Positions 58,095-64,000 of a stretch of 64,000 nt of DNA are shown in pieces; the first letter of the stretch is position 1, and each line of letters starts with the position of its first letter. A program made the translations under genes and the position numbers. The DNA comes from Candidatus Thorarchaeota archaeon SMTZ1-45. Its GTDB lineage: Archaea > Asgardarchaeota > Thorarchaeia > Thorarchaeales > Thorarchaeaceae. Location of the stretch: assembly GCA_001563335.1 (NCBI GenBank), contig LRSL01000055.1, forward strand, positions 1-64,000, read 5' to 3'. Below the pieces are notes generated by a model that ran no database searches, had not been told where the DNA came from, and saw only the letters and a list, made by a program, of their open reading frames with translations.

Positions 58095-59372
58095 ATGCAA
58101 ATGGACTTCTTTCAGGCTTGTCTCAAGGCTGATAATCGAGAAGCTGTAAATGCTATCAGGAAGATGATTCCATCCTCACGCCCATCAGCAATTTGGGCTG
58201 TACTTATGCATGGCGCAGCATGGCACGAACAACGAACCTATGATACACCGCACTCAACAATCCTGGTGAATTCTATCCACAGAATGATTGAGGACCTGGG
58301 CAGCCATCCTGGACTTACACCTGAGGTCCCGTCTAAATCAGTCAGAATTACACTTGAAGAGGAGAAAAAGCTAGCAGTTCAGGAATTACTAGTTGAGCGT
58401 CTTGCCTATCATTTGGCTGATATTGACCACTGGAATCTGGAGAAAGGACCAAGCTACAATGTTGAGAAGAGCATTGATTCACCTGACAATGCAGTACGTA
58501 AGTTTGAGAGTACAATACGACAAAAGAGTCTAGTAGGTTCCTGGGAGGCTTCACTAATTCTAGCATCCCGAGATGAGCCTATTAGGTTAAGACGTGTGAT
58601 TGCTTCACTGGCAGCGGAAGAACCTGATAAGCTGGGACATGCTTTCATTATGCCAGTTTCACTCATTCTCGAGTTGCCTGGAGCTGAATATACTCGGCCT
58701 CAGATTGCATCATTGTGGCATCTAATGGAATATCTTGTAAGAAAAATACCCTCAAAATCTCCAGATGGGTACTCTCCAGATGATAATCTGTCAAAGCTGA
58801 CAAAACCGATTAGTCTGGTAGAGTATAGGAACGTCTTTTTGAACTCTATAGTGAATTATGGAATTCTTGGACACAACACAATCTTTGCTCAGAGAATTGC
58901 AGATGCAAACCAGAGAGGACTTGTGACTAAAGAGATGACTCTTTGGCTTATTGAGAAGTTGAAGCGGAACATTGGTAGTTCAATAACCTCTGCTAATGAT
59001 CTAGTATACGAGAGAGTCGTGAAAAAACAAGTAGACTCAGACTGGACTCAACAGCCTGAAGTTATCAGACTTCCGCACACAAAGGACACTCAAGACTGGG
59101 TCAATTCGAGTGATATTTCTGAAATGTGGACTACTATGACTCAGGAGAGCTCTAGTGAGTTTGAGAGTAGAGTTCCTGAGTTTGATGATGAGTGGCACTT
59201 GGTCCGATGTTGTCAATACATCATGGCGGCTCTTCTGAGTGAACCGCGAGCAGCTCATGTGATGATTTTCACTCATGCTGCTTGGAGTCTTGTAGACCAT
59301 GATCTGGTACCAAATGATTTAGCAGCTCTCCAGGTTCATAGAATGCTGCGTAAACACCTGAGTGAGTGGTGA
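58095..59372 (+). CDS. Hypothetical helical protein with four His-centred repeats
   Basis: 425 aa; PHSTIL, GHAFIM, GHNTIF, AHVMIF. Confidence 0.7.
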   Translation: MQMDFFQACLKADNREAVNAIRKMIPSSRPSAIWAVLMHGAAWHEQRTYDTPHSTILVNSIHRMIEDLGSHPGLTPEVPSKSVRITLEEEKKLAVQELLVERLAYHLADIDHWNLEKGPSYNVEKSIDSPDNAVRKFESTIRQKSLVGSWEASLILASRDEPIRLRRVIASLAAEEPDKLGHAFIMPVSLILELPGAEYTRPQIASLWHLMEYLVRKIPSKSPDGYSPDDNLSKLTKPISLVEYRNVFLNSIVNYGILGHNTIFAQRIADANQRGLVTKEMTLWLIEKLKRNIGSSITSANDLVYERVVKKQVDSDWTQQPEVIRLPHTKDTQDWVNSSDISEMWTTMTQESSSEFESRVPEFDDEWHLVRCCQYIMAALLSEPRAAHVMIFTHAAWSLVDHDLVPNDLAALQVHRMLRKHLSEW

Positions 59373-59447
59373 CCAGTCAACAAATCCGGATTCGTATTCA
59401 AGCATGCATTAAACAAATTTCGGAAGAGGAATATATCCTCTCAAGAG

Positions 59448-61010
59448 TTACTTTCCTTCTCCCTTACGATAGGACTCAGCAAGAAGATCAGGGATGTACC
59501 GAACCTGCATGTTTGTTTCCTTCATCATATCATTGATTTGGATTGTACAAAAAGGACATTCAGTAGTCACCATGTCAGCACCTGTCGCTTCAATATACTC
59601 CTTCTTTGTTAACGCAATCTTCTGGGATAGTTCACGTAGGCCTGCTCGAACTCCACCACCAGCACCACAACAGCGATTCTTGTATGGGTCATCAATGTAT
59701 TCTACACCTGGAATCATCTTGAGAAGCTCGATTGGTTCATCGTAGACGTGTTGACCTCGTCCCAAGTGACAAGGTTCGTGATAGGTTATCTTCAACTTGA
59801 TCTCCCCTTTTGGTGGGACTATGTTCTCCTTCCCAATCACTTGTATCATATATTCAGCCATATCATAGACCTTGTAGAGTGGTGGTTCACCTCGCTCTGA
59901 CTCAATGAAAGGTCTATGGTCTTCACGAAGTGTCTTTCCACATCCTGCACATGCAACTACCACGGTATCACAATTGTACTTTTTACAGGCTTCTTCGAAT
60001 ATTTCGGTCACCCTTCGTGCTGCAGCGTGAGCTGTGTTGAGGTCTCCAGTTCTGAAAGCAGGACTTGCACAACACCACTGTTCCTTCGGAACGACTACAT
60101 CAATGTTGTTACGGTTCAGGACATCAATCAATGCTTTCCCAGTGTTCTGCATTCGATAGTCTATGAGACATCCTGTGAAGAAGGCAACTCGACCGCGCGG
60201 GTTGTCCACAAAGAACTCTGCGTCTTTAACCTGCTTTAGAAGTGGCTCATCCTTAACGGGTACAGCCCTGCCAGTTTCATTGATAGAATCAAGAAATGCC
60301 TGTTGTCCCTCAGCTAATGGATAACCAGCCTCAACAGCCTTCGCACGGAGCAACTCGACTGCCAAAGCTGGGATGTCTATCTTTTTTGGACAGATATCGG
60401 TACACATCCTACAAGTCGTGCAACTATAGACTGACTCATTCATTGCCATTGCCACTCGATCCTCAACGTCACGTGGGTCAAGCTCGAGCCTGGCAAGTTG
60501 ACGAATAATCATTGGACCAGGATAATCCCAAGTTTCATGGACAATTGGACAGTTTGAAAGGCATGCACTGCATTCAATGCATTTGCGAATCTCACGAAGT
60601 TTCTCTATCTCTTCAGCACGGATGATCTCTGGATGTTGTGGTTGTTTATCGCGTGCAACGTAGGGACGGATTCGTCTAATACGAAAGGTTGTTTGAGCCA
60701 TGTCAGTGACCAGGTCCTTGATGACTGGCATCTTTTCAAGAGGTTCAAGGACTAGATTCTCATCAGGATTAACCTTGGTTCTGCATGCGATTCGGGCCGT
60801 TCTGTTTACTTTTACAGCACAGGAACCACACTGGCCGCCTCTGCACTCCCAGCGAAATGCCAAGCTTGAATCAAATTTGTCCTGAATATAGAGTAACGCG
60901 TCTAGGACCGTCATTCCAGGTTCATACTCAACATCGAACTCTTGAAAATACGGTGCATCATCACTGTCAGGATTATAGCGCTGCACTCTTGTTTTGATTG
61001 TCTTTGCCAT
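59448..61010 (-). CDS. tfrB: Thiol:fumarate reductase Fe-S subunit (2Fe-2S, 2x4Fe-4S, two CCG domains)
   Basis: CRGGQCGSC, CIECSAC..CP, CTTC.MC..CP, WCCASP, YHEPCHL, RCCGAGGG. Confidence 0.88.
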   Translation of the reverse strand: MAKTIKTRVQRYNPDSDDAPYFQEFDVEYEPGMTVLDALLYIQDKFDSSLAFRWECRGGQCGSCAVKVNRTARIACRTKVNPDENLVLEPLEKMPVIKDLVTDMAQTTFRIRRIRPYVARDKQPQHPEIIRAEEIEKLREIRKCIECSACLSNCPIVHETWDYPGPMIIRQLARLELDPRDVEDRVAMAMNESVYSCTTCRMCTDICPKKIDIPALAVELLRAKAVEAGYPLAEGQQAFLDSINETGRAVPVKDEPLLKQVKDAEFFVDNPRGRVAFFTGCLIDYRMQNTGKALIDVLNRNNIDVVVPKEQWCCASPAFRTGDLNTAHAAARRVTEIFEEACKKYNCDTVVVACAGCGKTLREDHRPFIESERGEPPLYKVYDMAEYMIQVIGKENIVPPKGEIKLKITYHEPCHLGRGQHVYDEPIELLKMIPGVEYIDDPYKNRCCGAGGGVRAGLRELSQKIALTKKEYIEATGADMVTTECPFCTIQINDMMKETNMQVRYIPDLLAESYRKGEGK

Positions 61011-61022
61011 CTTCTAGCCTCC

Positions 61023-62711
61023 TCATGGTAGCGTGATTTTGGTGATCACTAGGTCTTCCTTTCGCAGCTCCATCTCGCCATTTTTCCCCTTGCGAATAAT
61101 GATATTGTAATGGCCCTTCTCATTGGGGTCAGCATCAACTCGATAGTGAGCGCCTCTGCTTCCCTTCCGCATTACTGCTGCCTCTGCAACCATTCTAGCA
61201 GTTGTCACCATGTGAGCAAACTCTATTGCTTGATGCCAGCCAGGATTGAAACGTTTCACAGGAACATCGACCTTAATCTTAGGAACTACTTCTTTCTCAA
61301 TTCGTCTCAGTTCCTTGACTGCATACTGCATCTCGTCTTCTTTTCTGAAAATCTGGACCTTGTTCCACATAAGCTCGGTGAGCTCATCACGCGCATCTGC
61401 AGGAGATACGCCCTCCTTCCGCTTGAGCATCTCTTCAAGATTCACAAACTCACTCATAATCGCATCGCGGTCCACACCTAGATGAGTGTTCTTTTTCGCA
61501 TACTTAGCAGCATTTTCACCAGATAATGCGCCAAAGACTTGAGTGTCTGCAAGAGCATTCCCTCCGAGTCTGTTTCCTCCATGGACACCACCTGTACACT
61601 CACCAGCGGCATAGAGACCAGAAATGTTAGTGGCTGAGTCTTCATCAATCTTAATTCCGCCCATGAAATGGTGTGCGGTTGGTGACACTAGCATCGGTTC
61701 ATCTCGGATGTCAACTCCAGCGTCTTCGAACTGTTCAATCATGCTTTCCAGTCTAAACTCAATAATCGTTCGTGGGAGATGTGCTATGCTAAGATAGACA
61801 CCTCCATCAGGAGAACCTCTTCCCTCAAGGACCTCGGTCATGATAGACCGTGCAACTTGGTCACGACCAGCAAGCTCCATGACCTCAGGATAATACCGAT
61901 TCATGAATCGCTCGCCTTCATTATTCAGAAGAATTCCTCCTTCACCACGAACTGCTTCTGTGACCAGACGACCTTTGGCTGACTCGGGCTTGACCATACC
62001 TGTGGGATGAAACTGGACCATCTCCATATCGATCATCTCGCAGCCTGCTTCGTAGGCCATTCCATAGCCATCTCCAACATCTAGCTGAGCATTACTGGTA
62101 ACACTGAAGATTCTGCCTGCACCTCCAGTAGCCATGACTACAGCTTTCGCACGAAACACAAGGTAGTCTCCATACTTCAGGTCTACAGCACAGACACCAG
62201 CAATCTTACCATCTGTTACCAAGAGTTTAGTGGCAAACACTTCGTCAAACACACGAACTGATGACTTACGAATTCCCTCTGTGAGCGTGACCATTATCTC
62301 AGAACCGGTTCTGTCAGAGGCATAGGCAGTTCTTCGCCAGCTCTGTTTACCAAAAACTCTCTGAGCAATTTTACCCTCAGGAGTCCGATCAAAGACTGCG
62401 CCCATGTCTTCTAGGTCGAAGATTCTCTGCGGCGCATCTCTTACAAGTATCTCTGCCAATTTCTGATTGTTTAGGTAATTCCCACCGACAATTGTGTCCT
62501 TGAAGTGTGTTTCAGGATTGTCATCTGGATCTACATTACCCAGAGAAACATTATAGCCGCCCTCAGCCATGGCTGTATGTGCCTTACCGAGCAGCTCTTT
62601 GCTTAGCATGATGACGTCCAGGTTGTGTTTTGAGGCCGCTATTGCAGCACGGCACCCAGCTCCGCCAGCGCCAACAACAAGAACGTCACACATGATTGTC
62701 TTGTAGTCCAA
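61023..62711 (-). CDS. tfrA: Thiol:fumarate reductase / succinate dehydrogenase flavoprotein subunit
   Basis: GAGGAG, AHT.MAEGG, QFHPTG, TEAVRGEGG, HHFMGG, HGGNRLGGN.L, SRGAHYR. Confidence 0.9.
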   Translation of the reverse strand: MDYKTIMCDVLVVGAGGAGCRAAIAASKHNLDVIMLSKELLGKAHTAMAEGGYNVSLGNVDPDDNPETHFKDTIVGGNYLNNQKLAEILVRDAPQRIFDLEDMGAVFDRTPEGKIAQRVFGKQSWRRTAYASDRTGSEIMVTLTEGIRKSSVRVFDEVFATKLLVTDGKIAGVCAVDLKYGDYLVFRAKAVVMATGGAGRIFSVTSNAQLDVGDGYGMAYEAGCEMIDMEMVQFHPTGMVKPESAKGRLVTEAVRGEGGILLNNEGERFMNRYYPEVMELAGRDQVARSIMTEVLEGRGSPDGGVYLSIAHLPRTIIEFRLESMIEQFEDAGVDIRDEPMLVSPTAHHFMGGIKIDEDSATNISGLYAAGECTGGVHGGNRLGGNALADTQVFGALSGENAAKYAKKNTHLGVDRDAIMSEFVNLEEMLKRKEGVSPADARDELTELMWNKVQIFRKEDEMQYAVKELRRIEKEVVPKIKVDVPVKRFNPGWHQAIEFAHMVTTARMVAEAAVMRKGSRGAHYRVDADPNEKGHYNIIIRKGKNGEMELRKEDLVITKITLP

Positions 62712-62794
62712 CTACAGTCCTCCGATGAAAATTCTGTCCGTGATTGAACCGTCGGGGCTAGACCCTCTCTTTAAGAGTTACTGTTGAAACCAAT

Positions 62795-62825
62795 AAAAAA
62801 AGCGAGAGGCAGACTATAGTCTGCC
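62795..62825 (-). terminator. Intrinsic-type terminator after fumarase beta gene
   Basis: Perfect palindrome GGCAGACTATAGTCTGCC followed on the minus strand by TCTCGCTTTTTTT. Confidence 0.65.
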
Positions 62826-62837
62826 CTAGACCTATAA

Positions 62838-63446
62838 TCACTCTTTGATTCCAATTTTAGCATAAACATCCGCTTTTCGACTTGCAACTAACTTGTCCAT
62901 GTCTTCATGTATGCTACTTCCATGTGAGTCCATGGTGACTAACAGAGGGCCAAACTCCTCAGCAGTGATGACCCAAAGTGCTTCAGGCATTCCAAGATCC
63001 TGCCATTCATATGCCCGAACCTCTTTCAACCCTTTAGCTGCAAGCGCACCACATCCACCAGTGTAGCTACAATAAACAGCTCCAACTTCTTTCAGAGCTG
63101 CTAGAGTCTTCTTCCCCATTCCACCTTTTCCAACTATCATTCGGGCTTTGTACTTGCGGAGAAACTCGTCTTCGAACATCTCCAACCGACCACTTGTAGT
63201 AGGACCAGCTGATACAATAATCCACTTTCCACCCTTTTGCCAAGCCACTGGACCAACATGATAAACCACACTACCCTCAAAGTCTACAGGAGGTCGTTCA
63301 CCCTTCTCAAACATGTGTAGAGCTCGTTCATGCGCTTCATCACGGGCAGTATAGACATGTTCACCTGTGACATAGACCACATCACCAACCTTCAGTTTTC
63401 GTGCATCTTCTTCCGAGATTGGGGTTGTCAAATGATGTTCAACCAT
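62838..63446 (-). CDS. Class I fumarate/tartrate hydratase beta subunit
   Basis: TARDEAH, YHVGP, AGPTTS.R, GKGGM, LGMPEA.W, FGPL.V.MD. Confidence 0.93.
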   Translation of the reverse strand: MVEHHLTTPISEEDARKLKVGDVVYVTGEHVYTARDEAHERALHMFEKGERPPVDFEGSVVYHVGPVAWQKGGKWIIVSAGPTTSGRLEMFEDEFLRKYKARMIVGKGGMGKKTLAALKEVGAVYCSYTGGCGALAAKGLKEVRAYEWQDLGMPEALWVITAEEFGPLLVTMDSHGSSIHEDMDKLVASRKADVYAKIGIKE

Positions 63447-63447
63447 C

Positions 63448-64000
63448 TTAGTTTCCCTCCAATGGATGTGTAAGATATGATACCTTCAGGTCTTTCGTGA
63501 TTATTGCAGTACTACGCCTTGCAGCCCAGCACTGAACAGCTACACCAACAGGAAGGCTGGCTGGGTGCCGCATGGCATAATCGACCTTTACACCGAGAAC
63601 TGTTGTCTTTCCTCCAAGACCCATAGGGCCAATTCCTGTTGAGTTAATAGCGTCCATGAGCTCTTCCTCAATCTTAGCAACCTCAGGTTCTGGGTGTTTG
63701 TCATTAAGAGGACGTAGAAGTTGTTGTTTTGCGATTTTGATCGCTATATCTGAACCACCACCGATACCTACGCCGATGATGTTGGGAGAACAAGCGGCAC
63801 CCATGTAAGAGAGCGCGTTATCAACTACAAGTTTTTTCACTCCTGTCAGACCAACACCTGGTTTCAGCATTCCCACAATGCTGGCATTCTCACTACCTCC
63901 ACCCTTTGGAAATGCTGTGATCTCTACAGAGTCACCATCGACAATCTCCCAATTTATCCACGGAATCTTCGCACCAGTATTATCACCAGAGTTACCTCCA
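63448..64000 (-). CDS. Class I fumarate/tartrate hydratase alpha subunit (5' end outside window)
   Basis: Frame open to the window end: NSGDNTG..PKGGGSEN..AC.P..GVGIGG..GIGPMGLGG..HPAS.P..CWAAR. Confidence 0.93.
   Translation of the reverse strand, partial: GGNSGDNTGAKIPWINWEIVDGDSVEITAFPKGGGSENASIVGMLKPGVGLTGVKKLVVDNALSYMGAACSPNIIGVGIGGGSDIAIKIAKQQLLRPLNDKHPEPEVAKIEEELMDAINSTGIGPMGLGGKTTVLGVKVDYAMRHPASLPVGVAVQCWAARRSTAIITKDLKVSYLTHPLEGN

Noticed and set aside
1-64000. Numerous 60-230 aa ORFs antisense to or overlapping recognised genes (e.g. 6558-7103, 21361-22044, 48449-49024, 51513-51989)
   Set aside because: Shadow ORFs of well-supported genes; no recognisable motifs.

Overview
Core chromosomal segment of an archaeon, very probably an Asgard archaeon of the Thorarchaeota type. 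This is inferred from archaeal information genes (FEN1, aEF-1beta, Cdc48, Hef, SRP54, L10e, L35Ae, S8e, SMC-ScpAB) together with eukaryotic-signature proteins (Sec23/24-like zinc-finger+vWA protein, several roadblock proteins, a PCI-like protein). Most of the window is housekeeping and energy metabolism: a split A/V-ATPase F-A-B block, ADP-forming acyl-CoA synthetase, TfrAB fumarate reductase and fumarase, HypA/HypE. Highlights: (1) a compact 45.2-49.7 kb module of four roadblock/MglB proteins, an MglA-type small GTPase and a Sec23/24-like protein; (2) an unannotated box C/D guide sRNA at 39153-39226 whose D guide matches LSU rRNA helix 69; (3) a ~7 kb accessory island of membrane/secreted protein genes bracketed by a ~108-bp degenerate direct repeat of the rpl10e promoter/5' end, and containing three decayed copies of a common sequence ahead of membrane-protein genes; (4) a frameshifted, internally deleted AOR behind a deoC with an extra Cys4 tail; (5) a probable CTG-initiated PUA/PAPS-reductase gene. 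I saw no rRNA, tRNA, CRISPR array, integrase or transposase. All calls come from motif recognition by eye; no database search was run.
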